Virus record (IMG/VR): IMGVR_UViG_3300032295_002835
Coordinates: 1 to 54,513 of that record
DNA: 54,513 bases
DNA from: a virus
Taxonomy: Duplodnaviria > Caudoviricetes
Reading direction: 5' to 3' (one strand)
Shown: in pieces, positions 37,834-48,138 of the stretch
Position numbering within the stretch: position 1 is the stretch's first letter
How the letters are laid out: every line of letters begins with the position of its first letter
Position numbers and translations under genes: made by a program
The notes under the pieces: model-generated
Database searches by the model: none
What the model was told of the DNA's origin: nothing
What the model saw: only the letters and a program-made list of their open reading frames with translations

Positions 37834-38544
37834 TTAGCGTGATTGATAATACTGTTCAACTCGCTGAATCCAGCGCTGATGCCAGTGATCAAAGTCCTGG
37901 GGTTCCAGCACGAATTCTTGATATTGAGGTTCCCCCCAGGTTCCGGGCTCAATTTCAGGCGGGCGTACACACATCAAAATCACCCCGGTGCGAATATTGG
38001 TGCCATGCACTTCATTGTGGGCCGCAGCATAGGCAGCCAGCTGCAGAAAATAGTCGTCAATCCACTCGCGTTTTTTGGGCTTGTTGGTCTGCTTGAAATC
38101 CAATATAGCAGGTTCGCCTTTCCAGGTGCCCACACAGTCAGTGGTGCCAGCATAGAGACCGGGATAATACAAGGGCACTTCGCAGCCCCAGAATTCATCT
38201 GCGCTGCCTAGGCCTTTTAATATGACTTCGGCTGCCATGAACCAACTGGGCTGAGCAAATGGATTGGAAGGAAAATCACCTATGTCATCGTTCTTGATGT
38301 AGCGTTCAAGATAGGTGTGCATCCTGGTACCGCGGTTGGCGGCTTCTGTGGTGATCTGTTGTGCTCGTTCATGCCCAACACGATCGCGCCACTGTTGCAA
38401 GGCTTGTCGGGCTTCTTCGGGCTTGGTGCGATCCAAAATGGTTGTGACACTGGGTACACGTTCGCCCGAGGGTAGACAATAGTGCCGCTTGCCCTCCACT
38501 GTGGTGCGATCAAGACTGTGATAGTTGTAACGTTCTAGAATCAT
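37834..38544 (-). CDS. PD-(D/E)XK exonuclease
   Basis: PSVTTIL, RGTRMH, AGTTD, ILDFKQ, QLAAY. Confidence 0.88.
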   Translation of the reverse strand: MILERYNYHSLDRTTVEGKRHYCLPSGERVPSVTTILDRTKPEEARQALQQWRDRVGHERAQQITTEAANRGTRMHTYLERYIKNDDIGDFPSNPFAQPSWFMAAEVILKGLGSADEFWGCEVPLYYPGLYAGTTDCVGTWKGEPAILDFKQTNKPKKREWIDDYFLQLAAYAAAHNEVHGTNIRTGVILMCVRPPEIEPGTWGEPQYQEFVLEPQDFDHWHQRWIQRVEQYYQSR

Positions 38545-39014
38545 ACTTGGTGCACCTCAACGCCGCTGCGGGCTAGAAATTTTAAACCAGAATCATCGCG
38601 ATAGTCAGTGCGATAATACACACGACCAACTCCGCTCTGATATATCAGTTTGCTGCATTCAAGGCAGGGAGCATGGGTGACAAAGATGTCAGCACCTAGA
38701 CCACTGTTGGATCCACGGGCGAGTTTTGCAATAGCATTTGATTCCGCATGCAAAACCTCAGGTTTGGTTTTTAAGTTATAGGGTTTGCCAGTGTCGTCTT
38801 GATAGTCCCACTGATTGTTATCAATGCTCCACTCGTTGGCATAGACTTCATCTTCACAGTTGTTGTCCCACCCTGCTGGCATGCCATTGTAACCATAACT
38901 GATGACAGTGTCATCTTTCACTATCACAGCACCAACGTGCAGACGACGAGCATGACTGAGCTCACTCACACGTTGTGCCCAGTCCATGTACAAGTCAATG
39001 AATTTCTTTTTCAA
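38541..39014 (-). CDS. dCMP deaminase
   Basis: VGAVIVKD, GYNG, HAESNAI, PCLEC. Confidence 0.92.
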   Translation of the reverse strand: MKKKFIDLYMDWAQRVSELSHARRLHVGAVIVKDDTVISYGYNGMPAGWDNNCEDEVYANEWSIDNNQWDYQDDTGKPYNLKTKPEVLHAESNAIAKLARGSNSGLGADIFVTHAPCLECSKLIYQSGVGRVYYRTDYRDDSGLKFLARSGVEVHQV

Positions 39015-39337
39015 ACTCTAAAGCTTTCTCCGCAGCCGCAACGGTCGCGTTCGTTTGGATTGACAAACTCAAACCCTTCGTTGAGTCCTTGTCTCTTGTA
39101 GTCCATGGTCAAGCCGTCAACATAGGGATGATCTTTACCGTTGACATATATTGTAACACCGTGACTGTCATAAGTGATCCAGTCTCGTGTCACAGGAGGA
39201 TTGTCAACGTATTCCAACTTGTAGGCCAGGCCCGAACAGCCTGTGGTGCGCACACCAATCATGATTCCCACGCCTTTGCCGCGTCGCTCCAGCTGTTGTT
39301 GCACTCGTCGAGCTGCTGTTTCTGTTATTGATATCAT
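39011..39337 (-). CDS. iscA: Fe-S cluster carrier IscA
   Basis: TTGCSGLAY and CGCGESF. Confidence 0.95.
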   Translation of the reverse strand: MISITETAARRVQQQLERRGKGVGIMIGVRTTGCSGLAYKLEYVDNPPVTRDWITYDSHGVTIYVNGKDHPYVDGLTMDYKRQGLNEGFEFVNPNERDRCGCGESFRV

Positions 39338-41085
39338 GTGTTTTCCGTGATCTGTGGTCTAGGTAAAGCTAGGATTCTCGCAGTGTTTTCCAATCTTGGT
39401 CTAGGGTCTGACAGACTGGTACTGTGTTGTTTCATGTACGCCATGAATTTTTTGTAATCGGTTCGGAGATCACGAGCAGAGTTCATCAGCATGCGTAGTA
39501 TAACAGGATGTACTGACCAGGCCAAATCAAAATGAGCAAAGTAGCATGCAGTTAGTTTGCCTTCAGGTGCTGCATGCCCATACAAATCAATTCGGTAATA
39601 AAAACATTTGTTCTCAGTCCAATTTGAGTATAGATCAGCACAGAGTCTTTGAAATGGCTCACTGGTGATAACCTGCTGCATGAGATGTTCGCTGTCAACG
39701 TCACAGCCTATTTCCCAACGAGCTCGACTCAGTGCATGCCAAAACGCCGTAAGCACGGTCATGGCCACCATTTCTTCTTGTGTGAAACTGTAGCAGCTTT
39801 CAGCAAAAGCACTGGTCTGCCAGGCATGCCCGTTCCATCTCAATGCCGTGCTGTGTTTCATGTTGAATCGAGTGGCATAGTCAGGGTCAAGAGCAGCCGG
39901 ACTCATGGGCAACAGTTCATTCACACTGATCAACAGCACACAGCGTTGATTCATGGTTTCAATCAAGGTACGTTGCCATGACCCAAAGCTCTGACCAGGC
40001 AGTCCCACAATCATGTTTATTGAACATGGCACGTCAGGATAATCATGTTGCAGCTCCTGTATCATTTGTCGGTGAACTTGCCAACTCACATCAGGCCGAT
40101 CTATGTTGATCAGCACCTGTGGATCAAGATCCTGCACACTGAAGGCAAACCCTACGTAGGCATGGGCCATTTTTCCACGACCCATGACATGATGCAATTT
40201 CTGCACATTGTTCTTGCGCAGTTTGCTGTAAGTGGCAGTTATTTCAAAACCAGCCCTGCGTTCAAGATTGACGTCGGCAAGGTACTCAAATATTTCAATA
40301 TCTTCGTCATACTGACCAAAATTGGCGTCAGTGATAAAGATCTGTTGAACACCCAGTTGATAGAACAATTCAATTTCGTCACGGAAAGTGCCTTTGCGTC
40401 TGCTGACTTTTCTGTCTAGCCCGTTGTTCCAGTCACAAAAGGTGCAGCTATAGGGGCAACCACGAGTCAATTGCCAGGGCATGATCACTGATATTCCCCG
40501 AGACTGTTGCTGTTCAACCATGTCCCGCAGCAAGTCTTCACAGTGCAAATAAGGACTGGCCTTGGGCTCAGGCACCACTCGATAGTCGGCCACCAGCACA
40601 CGATGTTGATCCGGATCACGCCAGGCCACATTGCTGGTATTGAATCTTATGAGTTTTTTGTGTGTGATCAAGGATTCAATGACGTCACTGAAGGCTTGTT
40701 CACCTGCACCGTATACAGCATAGTCTATCCAGGGTCTCTGATCCAACCAGTCTCGCTCGCTGTGGACACTGACACTGGGGCCGCCTGCAATCACTGTGAT
40801 AGATTCTGGCAATTGATCACGCACACGGCTCATCTGTTGCGCAAAATAAATTTCGTTCCAGACAAAAAGACTGATGCACAACACATCAACCTTGTTGTCG
40901 TGACAAAAATCAATCAGCTCTTGATCTGTGAGACTGCCTTGCACAGGAATTTCCCAGTGCAACTGTGCAGCAATTTCTGGCTTGTGAGTGTCTATGTAGT
41001 GTTTGAGATACAATGCCGATGTGGCCACGTGCATTTGATTGCCGTTGCCCACAAACTGTTTGTGATAAAATGCAATGTTTAGCAT
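39334..41085 (-). CDS. B12-binding-type radical SAM protein (paralogue 2)
   Basis: SLFVWN, AGGPS, GAGE, TRGCPYSCTFCDW, DANFG, GLPGQ. Confidence 0.88.
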   Translation of the reverse strand: MLNIAFYHKQFVGNGNQMHVATSALYLKHYIDTHKPEIAAQLHWEIPVQGSLTDQELIDFCHDNKVDVLCISLFVWNEIYFAQQMSRVRDQLPESITVIAGGPSVSVHSERDWLDQRPWIDYAVYGAGEQAFSDVIESLITHKKLIRFNTSNVAWRDPDQHRVLVADYRVVPEPKASPYLHCEDLLRDMVEQQQSRGISVIMPWQLTRGCPYSCTFCDWNNGLDRKVSRRKGTFRDEIELFYQLGVQQIFITDANFGQYDEDIEIFEYLADVNLERRAGFEITATYSKLRKNNVQKLHHVMGRGKMAHAYVGFAFSVQDLDPQVLINIDRPDVSWQVHRQMIQELQHDYPDVPCSINMIVGLPGQSFGSWQRTLIETMNQRCVLLISVNELLPMSPAALDPDYATRFNMKHSTALRWNGHAWQTSAFAESCYSFTQEEMVAMTVLTAFWHALSRARWEIGCDVDSEHLMQQVITSEPFQRLCADLYSNWTENKCFYYRIDLYGHAAPEGKLTACYFAHFDLAWSVHPVILRMLMNSARDLRTDYKKFMAYMKQHSTSLSDPRPRLENTARILALPRPQITENT

Positions 41086-42797
41086 GCTAGAGCGTGATCT
41101 TGGGAAGTTGCTGAACCACTTATTGCGTTGTCTTTGCAATATTTATAGAGTATGGGCCAATGCTTTTTTAGGTCAACCACGTGAGATATAATCATACGCA
41201 TTACATTGGGATTGTAATACCAACGGTGAAAGGCATCGTCGAATCTACAGGCTGTCATCACGTCGTTTTTGACTGCAATGCCACCGTAGGCCTTTCTAAA
41301 CCAAAATTGATTGTTGTTGCGCCAATTGTCCAAAAGATCCTCACACATGTCATGGTACGACTGGCTGTGTTGAAATTCCTTCACCAAGCTATCAATGTCT
41401 ATCTTTATGCCCAAATCAAATTGAAGAGTTCCCACCGAGACCATTAGATGTGACAGCATGGTCATTTCCACCATGTCTTTGGCATCAAAACTGGCACATG
41501 ATTCAGGGAACTTGTTGCAGTAGTAATATTCCCCGCTGAATCTCTGAGACTCGCTGTATTTCATTTTGAATCTTGCATAGGCTGGATCTAGATTTGCAGG
41601 AGACATGGTGAGAAACTCATTGATGTAAACATACATTTGCGCACCAGTCTTGGTAACTTCAATCAGAGTTTGCTGCCAGGACGCCAAAGTTTGTCCTGGC
41701 AATCCTTGTATCAACTGCACCATCACAGGCAAATGTGGAAATTCTGCCTGTAATTGATCAATCATGTGTTTGTGTGATTCCCATGTAACGTCGGGTCTGT
41801 CAATGTTATCTAGAACTTCAGGGTGTATGTCTTGCACGGCAAGAACAAATCCTCGACCTTCCAATAGGTTGGCTCGTGCAGCTATGGTCAGTAGTTCCAG
41901 GTTTACTTCCTTTTTTATCTTGCTTAGATTGAAATTCAATACAAATCCTGCATTGTGTTCTAGATTTTTGAGAGCAAAATACTTGAACATTTCAATATCT
42001 TCAGGATACTGACCGGTATTGGCATCGGCAATGTCTATTTTTTTGACTCCCAGTTGATAAAAAAGATCAATTTCATCCTGATAGGTTCCGCGTCTGCGTG
42101 TGGTCTTGTTGCTGGGTCCATTGTTCCAGTCGCAGAATGTGCATTTATAAGGGCATCCGCGGGTGACCTGATAAGGCAATTCAACTTCATATCCTCGTTG
42201 CTGTTCTTGTTGCACCATGGCTGTCAAAAGATCCTGACAGTGCAGATATGGACTCACCTTGGGTTCAGGCACATAACGAAAGTCAGCTGTGACTGATTGA
42301 TTTTGTTCGCCACGGCGCCAGGCAACATTGCTGGTGTTGAATCGTATGAGTGGTTGTTGATTGATAATGCTTTCTGCAATGTCTGCAAAAGCCACTTCGC
42401 CAGCGCCGTATACTGCATAATCTATCCAGGGATGTTTTTGTAAAAAATCTGGATCTGAATGAGGTATCACGTGGCCACCACCGGCCACCACACGAGTTTG
42501 CGGTGGCAAACGATGTCTGATCCTCAGCAGCTGACCACTAATATAGTCATAGCTCCAGTGGAACAGACTGAGTCCTAAAATGTCGATCTCGTTATCCCAA
42601 CAGTAGTCAATCAGCTCTTGATCTGTCATGGCATGCTGTAGGGGCAGATGCCAGTTCAGCTGTGACGCTACCTCAGGTCTAGTTAGATCAACATAAGTTT
42701 TGAGGTATAGAGTAGCGACACTTACATATAACTGCGTTGATTGAATCTGATCCTGTTTTGGAATAAAATTGCAGTGATACAAAACAACATTCAACAT
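41079..42797 (-). CDS. B12-binding-type radical SAM protein (paralogue 1)
   Basis: SLFHWS, AGGGH, GAGE, TRGCPYKCTFCDW, DANTG, GLPGQ. Confidence 0.88.
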   Translation of the reverse strand: MLNVVLYHCNFIPKQDQIQSTQLYVSVATLYLKTYVDLTRPEVASQLNWHLPLQHAMTDQELIDYCWDNEIDILGLSLFHWSYDYISGQLLRIRHRLPPQTRVVAGGGHVIPHSDPDFLQKHPWIDYAVYGAGEVAFADIAESIINQQPLIRFNTSNVAWRRGEQNQSVTADFRYVPEPKVSPYLHCQDLLTAMVQQEQQRGYEVELPYQVTRGCPYKCTFCDWNNGPSNKTTRRRGTYQDEIDLFYQLGVKKIDIADANTGQYPEDIEMFKYFALKNLEHNAGFVLNFNLSKIKKEVNLELLTIAARANLLEGRGFVLAVQDIHPEVLDNIDRPDVTWESHKHMIDQLQAEFPHLPVMVQLIQGLPGQTLASWQQTLIEVTKTGAQMYVYINEFLTMSPANLDPAYARFKMKYSESQRFSGEYYYCNKFPESCASFDAKDMVEMTMLSHLMVSVGTLQFDLGIKIDIDSLVKEFQHSQSYHDMCEDLLDNWRNNNQFWFRKAYGGIAVKNDVMTACRFDDAFHRWYYNPNVMRMIISHVVDLKKHWPILYKYCKDNAISGSATSQDHALAC

Positions 42798-43189
42798 GTA
42801 TTTGCACTAAGTCTAGCTTGCTTTTCTTGATAGTCTGCCAAGGCTGCTTTGATAGCATCTTCTGCCAGAATTGAACAGTGTATTTTTACCGGAGGTAACG
42901 CAAGTTCCTGTGCAATTTCTGTGTTCTTGATTGACCCAGCTTCGGCAAGCGTTTTGCCTTTGACCCACTCTGTCACCAGACTTGAACTTGCTATGGCTGA
43001 ACCGCAACCGTAGGTTTTGAATTTGGCATCGGTAATGATGTCGTTTTCAACCTTGATTTGCAGTTGCAGCACATCACCGCAGGCAGGTGCGCCCACCAGC
43101 CCGGTGCCTACAGAAACATCATCTTTGTTCATTTTGCCTACATTACGAGGGTTCTCATAATGATCCAATACCTGTGTTGAATAAGCCAT
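42791..43189 (-). CDS. iscU: Fe-S cluster scaffold IscU
   Basis: DHYENPRNVG, GAPACGD, GCGSAIAS, LPPVKIHC. Confidence 0.97.
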   Translation of the reverse strand: MAYSTQVLDHYENPRNVGKMNKDDVSVGTGLVGAPACGDVLQLQIKVENDIITDAKFKTYGCGSAIASSSLVTEWVKGKTLAEAGSIKNTEIAQELALPPVKIHCSILAEDAIKAALADYQEKQARLSANTC

Positions 43190-43236
43190 GGCTATCCTCC
43201 TGAGTTGTACTACTTCAATGTGTTATTTACAACGGA

Positions 43237-43611
43237 TTATTTTTTGAGGCCACGTTTCATGGCCGAACGTGCTGATTTCGCCACAATGTCTCTGGCACGA
43301 TCCACTGGCATTTCGGGAGGTTCAGTGGTGTCTGTGGTGTCGCCGCCCTTGTACACAATGGGATCGTTGCTGTCAGGACGCAATGGCTCCAACATGTTGC
43401 TGAGAGGCGGCAAGTTGATGATGTCAGGCAACATTTTTTTGGTAATGCGAATGCCAAGACTTTGAGCAAGACTCACAAAAGCGTCTTGATCAATCTGTTT
43501 TTGAGCGTTGCTGTTGTCAGCCAGACCTGACAACAGTTCCACCAACCCCATTAACTGCGCAGGGTTGGGGGTGGGGTCAGCGGTGATGTCAGCTACTTCG
43601 TTGATGCGCAT
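43237..43611 (-). CDS. hypothetical (probable virion) protein
   Basis: MRINEV N-terminus; coupled to upstream gene. Confidence 0.75.
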   Translation of the reverse strand: MRINEVADITADPTPNPAQLMGLVELLSGLADNSNAQKQIDQDAFVSLAQSLGIRITKKMLPDIINLPPLSNMLEPLRPDSNDPIVYKGGDTTDTTEPPEMPVDRARDIVAKSARSAMKRGLKK

Positions 43612-44540
43612 TATCTTTTGGCGCGGCCCAGTGCACCAGCAGCTGGAGCAGCATCTTCTTCATCATCAACAGGTGCAGGTTCTTCCACATCTGTAACGTC
43701 AAGTTCAGTGCTGTCAACTTCTGTGTCGCCAGGCAAGGCAGCAGCAGGGTCAGCAGGAGCACCTAGAGCAGCTGCCGCAGGATCCACAGCAGGAGCTTGA
43801 CCTGTCACAACACCCAGGGCAGTTTCCATTTGCTGCTTGGCACCTTGTAAATTCTGCACCAGGCCACTCAGGGCCGCGGTTGCGTCGGTGTTGAACTGTT
43901 GAGCCTGATCCATGCCTACCTGATTCTTGATGGAATCCACCAGGGCCGGTAGTTCTTTGAACTGAAGTTCTGTGACCTCTTCCAACATGTCTTGCATTTT
44001 GTCTACCATGTCCTGTGCTGCCAACACAACCTGAGCCTGTTGGATTTCACTTTCTTGCAACACATTCCATGCTCTACGCAATTGATCTTCGGTCATGGTC
44101 ATCTGCGCACCCTGTACCAAGCGTGTTTCTTGCGGTGTCAATCGCTGGCCCAGCATGTACTTGCGAATAGCTGTCTTGACCTTGGGATCAGCGAATTTGC
44201 TCTGCGCCTTGGTCACAGCCGTGGTTGCGGCCTGCTGAGATGTTGCTGCACCTGGACCTGCCATGGGTGCTGTGCCCACACCGCCTACTCCTTGTTCGCC
44301 AATGCGAGATGCCAGGGCCTGCTCCATCATCACCAGCTTGAGATAGTTGGGGTTGCTATGGCTGCGGTGACGAGCTGTGGTCGCACGATGTTCGGACAAC
44401 ACAGATCTCACTCGACGCAACATGGTTTTGGCCTGTTGTGGTGTGAGATTGTCAAAACCAATCTTGTTGCCAAAATGGCTCTCAAAGACCTTGGCAATCT
44501 TTTTGGTGGCGCTAGGCGCTGCTAGTTCGAAGAGTTTCAT
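43611..44540 (-). CDS. probable head/scaffold-type protein
   Basis: MKLFEL N-terminus, coiled coil, acidic Pro/Ala tail ending GRAKR. Confidence 0.75.
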   Translation of the reverse strand: MKLFELAAPSATKKIAKVFESHFGNKIGFDNLTPQQAKTMLRRVRSVLSEHRATTARHRSHSNPNYLKLVMMEQALASRIGEQGVGGVGTAPMAGPGAATSQQAATTAVTKAQSKFADPKVKTAIRKYMLGQRLTPQETRLVQGAQMTMTEDQLRRAWNVLQESEIQQAQVVLAAQDMVDKMQDMLEEVTELQFKELPALVDSIKNQVGMDQAQQFNTDATAALSGLVQNLQGAKQQMETALGVVTGQAPAVDPAAAALGAPADPAAALPGDTEVDSTELDVTDVEEPAPVDDEEDAAPAAGALGRAKR

Positions 44541-44985
44541 TGTTGAATCCTTTAAGTTGCAAATATTTAGCCAATTTTATACATTTTTCTAGTTCGGTGG
44601 TGGTGGCTGTGAGTCTGGCTTGTTTGGGTTGCAGTTTGACCGCAACAAGATCACGAAATTCAGTGCGATTACTGCGTTGTGCTTGTTTCTGCCTCTGCTG
44701 TATGTCTGCTGTGAGATCCTGCTTGAGTTGATCAAGACTCTTGATTTCTTCAGTCAAACGACCCTGACGCAATTTGTGTGCTGTGCACCAGCTGATGGCA
44801 GTGCGACGATTGGCAAACACATGCACTGTGCGATTATCTATGGACACAGTGCAGCAGTCGCGGCCAGTCTCCAGTAGATACCGACCAAACGCCAGGATCT
44901 GTCCGTCCTGCTCCAAGATCATGTTGTCAACATGGCGCGGAAGTTCGCGGTCGGCCCAGCGTTGCAGTTTTTGATCGCGTGTCAT
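44512..44985 (-). CDS. hypothetical protein
   Basis: ATGA-coupled start MTRDQK. Confidence 0.7.
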   Translation of the reverse strand: MTRDQKLQRWADRELPRHVDNMILEQDGQILAFGRYLLETGRDCCTVSIDNRTVHVFANRRTAISWCTAHKLRQGRLTEEIKSLDQLKQDLTADIQQRQKQAQRSNRTEFRDLVAVKLQPKQARLTATTTELEKCIKLAKYLQLKGFNNETLRTSSA

Positions 44986-45260
44986 AATGTAGCTAGATAT
45001 TGAGTGGCCAACCAACCACACAGCGACAGCAGCAGCACTATGATGCCAATGCTCCAGTTCTGTATCTGGTTGTTGTGTTTGTCACTGAGCTCATGTACCA
45101 GTTCGTGAGTTTCTTGCATGACCGGTCCCAGTGCGGTGATTTTTTCCTCTAGGGTGTTGAGCTTGTTTTCTACAAATCTGTATCTTTCAGCACAGAGCTC
45201 AACGTGTGCTTCGAGATTCTTTTTTTCAATGTCGGTGGGATCAATCACAACAGTCTCCAT
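44982..45260 (-). CDS. small coiled-coil protein with C-terminal TM
   Basis: LEAHVELCAERY then TM helix; TATAAATA just upstream of ATG 45260. Confidence 0.75.
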   Translation of the reverse strand: METVVIDPTDIEKKNLEAHVELCAERYRFVENKLNTLEEKITALGPVMQETHELVHELSDKHNNQIQNWSIGIIVLLLSLCGWLATQYLATL

Positions 45261-45268
45261 TTTGATAT

Positions 45269-45679
45269 TTATAGCGAAAACCATATATTTTGCTGCGGAC
45301 CTTGGGTACACAACACTGACACTGTGTGAGTAACTTCGTCAAGATTCATGGTCATGGGTACACCTTCACAGTCGGCTCTAAGTCCAGCCAATTCATCCTG
45401 ACCGTTGAGAGCAAACACGCCCTCAGATTCGCTTTCAAACGTGAATTCCCACACGCCTGCCACACACACCGGGTGTGACACATTCATGGGCTGTGTACGC
45501 AAACCAAAAATCTGCAGCAGAGTTTCGTAATTACGCTGTTGGTTTCTACTGCGTTGCCAGCTGTCGTGATCATGCACAGACTGATCAGCCCGATCTCTAA
45601 ATGGAAGTTGTGCTGGTCTAAAACTACCGGTTACTCCGGTATAGGTGCAGTCAAAGAAAGTGCGACACTGTATCTTCAT
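45269..45679 (-). CDS. hypothetical protein
   Basis: Start MKIQC after TAAATA; RNQQRNYET motif. Confidence 0.75.
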   Translation of the reverse strand: MKIQCRTFFDCTYTGVTGSFRPAQLPFRDRADQSVHDHDSWQRSRNQQRNYETLLQIFGLRTQPMNVSHPVCVAGVWEFTFESESEGVFALNGQDELAGLRADCEGVPMTMNLDEVTHTVSVLCTQGPQQNIWFSL

Positions 45680-45700
45680 CGTCGCGATATTTAATGCCAA

Positions 45701-45733
45701 ACAAAAACCCTGGATTTTTTGGATCCAGGGTTG
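45701..45733 (-). terminator. intrinsic terminator
   Basis: AACCCTGGAT-N7-ATCCAGGGTT followed by TTTGTTT. Confidence 0.8.
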
Positions 45734-45751
45734 TTGCTGAGCCTAGTTAGA

Positions 45752-46171
45752 TTAGGACAGTGGGCTTGTGGTAAACACAGCATTGGCAGCGCAACTACTG
45801 AAGCCGATGTTTAGGCCACCAGTTGCGTTTGCTCCCTGGGCTGCAGACAGAATCTGAGCAGCGTTTGCAGCGCCTGTGGGGTACAGAGCGATGTTTAGGA
45901 TTGTGGGTGCTGCTGGGCTTACTTGATAGATTGCCACAGTAGTTGTCTGCTGAATAGCCTGCAGTGCGTTGTTGATGAAACCAGTTGCATTTGCTGCACC
46001 GCTGGCGCTCATCGCGCTGTTGGCAACCAAGCTGAAGAAGTCCAGCTTGGGACCAGCCATCTGTACTGGACCTTGTGCTGCGATGTTTGCAGTGTTGGCA
46101 ATGGTACCGTTGCCTACGTCAATTGCGAATACCGGTTGGGTAGTACCGTTTACTTTGGTAATTTGTGCCAT
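45752..46171 (-). CDS. small Ala-rich probable structural protein
   Basis: TATAAATA late box, AAAGGA RBS, own terminator. Confidence 0.8.
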   Translation of the reverse strand: MAQITKVNGTTQPVFAIDVGNGTIANTANIAAQGPVQMAGPKLDFFSLVANSAMSASGAANATGFINNALQAIQQTTTVAIYQVSPAAPTILNIALYPTGAANAAQILSAAQGANATGGLNIGFSSCAANAVFTTSPLS

Positions 46172-46236
46172 GATTGTTTCCTTTAAAAAGTTAGGCTTTC
46201 GCCCTGCACTTATTTATATCAATTTGGGAAAAACTG

Positions 46237-48138
46237 TCAGTTGGGGTTGTTTCTAGCACGGTTCTGTGCGGCAAAACTCTCAGGATCAAAGCGACTCACA
46301 GCCTTGGCATAGCCCGCAGGTGTGGCCATGACCCAGCCTTCCTGTCCAGGGTGCTGTTGATCCGCCTGCTGCAAAAGATCCATCTTGAGAGCATGCAACA
46401 ATTCAAATGCCAAAAATGCCGCTGCCATGGCCTCGCTGTTGGTGGACGGGCTCTTGAGATATTCCACAATGTTGGCAAACTTGCGAGGCGTGACTCGAGT
46501 CTGCAGCCATTGACCAAACTCGGCCAGCAGTTGTCCAGCTGGCTGCAATGGAGCACCAACCTTGGTATTGATAAAGTCCACAGCCAACTTGAATAGGTCA
46601 GTTATTTGCTGTGCCCGCAGTTCAGCTGGATTGAACAAGGTACGCATGGCAGCACCGTGTTCGCGCATGATTTCACGCAGTTGATTGATGATCGCTGCGT
46701 TGGGCACCAGTTCACGTGGCGATGCTGGACGCTCCAGCATCAGACCCGGCACTTCAGCTAGGCGCACACCACTAAGGGGTTGCCGTGGTTCGTTTTGATC
46801 TGCATACATTGAGTGAATGGCCACACCAACTGTGCTGTCGCCAATGCGTTTGCCTAGACTGCTGTTGACCGGAATACGATACTTCACTGTGTTGGGCTGA
46901 AACTCATATGCGCCTGATACCACGGGCGGTGTATCAGTATACAAGAGATCACCCTTGACATAACCGCGGAAGTTGGGCGGGGTAGCTGCTTCCAGCCAGG
47001 GCCAAAGATCTCTGTAGAGAGCTGTGATCTCGCCGCGTTCGCCCTTGCGCTGATTCTGTATGCGAGCCATCATGTCTGGCGAGGTAGCCATGCCATCATA
47101 GGTCTTGGCATCAAACCCTGATCCGTCAGTGAGCACAAACTCGCCCGTGGCAGGCTTGCGCCCAAATACCACAGCAGGTCTGCCGTCCCACTTGGCTGTG
47201 ACTGTGCGTGGCGATTCTGCTGCCTGTGCCACGATGGTCAGAGCATCCTGTATGCCCTGTGGACCACGACGAAACACTAGATCTTCTAGATGCTCAATGC
47301 CCTTGGCACGACCGCCCACACCGGGCTGTTCGGCCTCCAAGACAACAGCTTCGCTGTCTTCAATCAAGGGCATCATGCCCTGGTTCACAATTCTGTCACG
47401 CAGACGTGCTAGGAAGCCAACTTCATTTTCACGCACTGGCAGTCGTGGTTCCTGCAGTTTTTCACGGGCTAGAAATTCTCGGAAGTCTACCAGCTTGGCA
47501 TCTCGCTTGGGATCATTGGCCAAGGCCTGATAGATAGTTTCAACATTGCGCAGACTCTGACGAGTGTGTCCTGGTCCCAGCAATGCTTGTGCTGCCCAAT
47601 CTGGATCCATGCTGACAACTTCGTTGGTTGCTCTGCTGACCACACCATTGGCGCCAATTTTCAAGCCCTGTACCTTGGCTAGACTGCTCATCAATACATT
47701 TCTGATCATGCCTTTGTAGGCAGAATCTTCGCCGCCGGCATAGAAAAATGTGCCCCAGTCCAGATGCGGGAAGAACATAAAGTCAGTCTGAACAAAGCCA
47801 CGACTGGCATTGCCGGCTATGGGTGTGCGAAAATGCACTTCGCCTTTTTTGCGTACAAAATCCTTGGGATCCTGACCCTGACTTTGGGCCCATTGCTCTA
47901 GACGCTGGGCTACTTCGTCCTTGGTTACTTCGTCCAGTGACACTGCTAGATCAAGATCACCTGATGTAGCGGCTCGTCCGGTGCTGCCCAGCCAGCGATC
48001 TTGGGGGAATTTGATGCCAGTGACCTTTTCAATCCAGGCCACCGTGGCAGGAACGTCTACTTTGTTGATGCGTTGTGTGAGTGGCTGTCCTTCAGCATCT
48101 TTGAAAACATTGCCACCTTCGCCTAGAAATTTATACAC
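46237..48138 (-). CDS. two-domain protein: Pol-beta-type nucleotidyltransferase + ligase-like domain
   Basis: GSTG...SGDLDL...QTD; then KWDG, KGDLL, EGWV, KAV; GTG start at 48138 preferred over 48288. Confidence 0.7.
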   Translation of the reverse strand: MYKFLGEGGNVFKDAEGQPLTQRINKVDVPATVAWIEKVTGIKFPQDRWLGSTGRAATSGDLDLAVSLDEVTKDEVAQRLEQWAQSQGQDPKDFVRKKGEVHFRTPIAGNASRGFVQTDFMFFPHLDWGTFFYAGGEDSAYKGMIRNVLMSSLAKVQGLKIGANGVVSRATNEVVSMDPDWAAQALLGPGHTRQSLRNVETIYQALANDPKRDAKLVDFREFLAREKLQEPRLPVRENEVGFLARLRDRIVNQGMMPLIEDSEAVVLEAEQPGVGGRAKGIEHLEDLVFRRGPQGIQDALTIVAQAAESPRTVTAKWDGRPAVVFGRKPATGEFVLTDGSGFDAKTYDGMATSPDMMARIQNQRKGERGEITALYRDLWPWLEAATPPNFRGYVKGDLLYTDTPPVVSGAYEFQPNTVKYRIPVNSSLGKRIGDSTVGVAIHSMYADQNEPRQPLSGVRLAEVPGLMLERPASPRELVPNAAIINQLREIMREHGAAMRTLFNPAELRAQQITDLFKLAVDFINTKVGAPLQPAGQLLAEFGQWLQTRVTPRKFANIVEYLKSPSTNSEAMAAAFLAFELLHALKMDLLQQADQQHPGQEGWVMATPAGYAKAVSRFDPESFAAQNRARNNPN

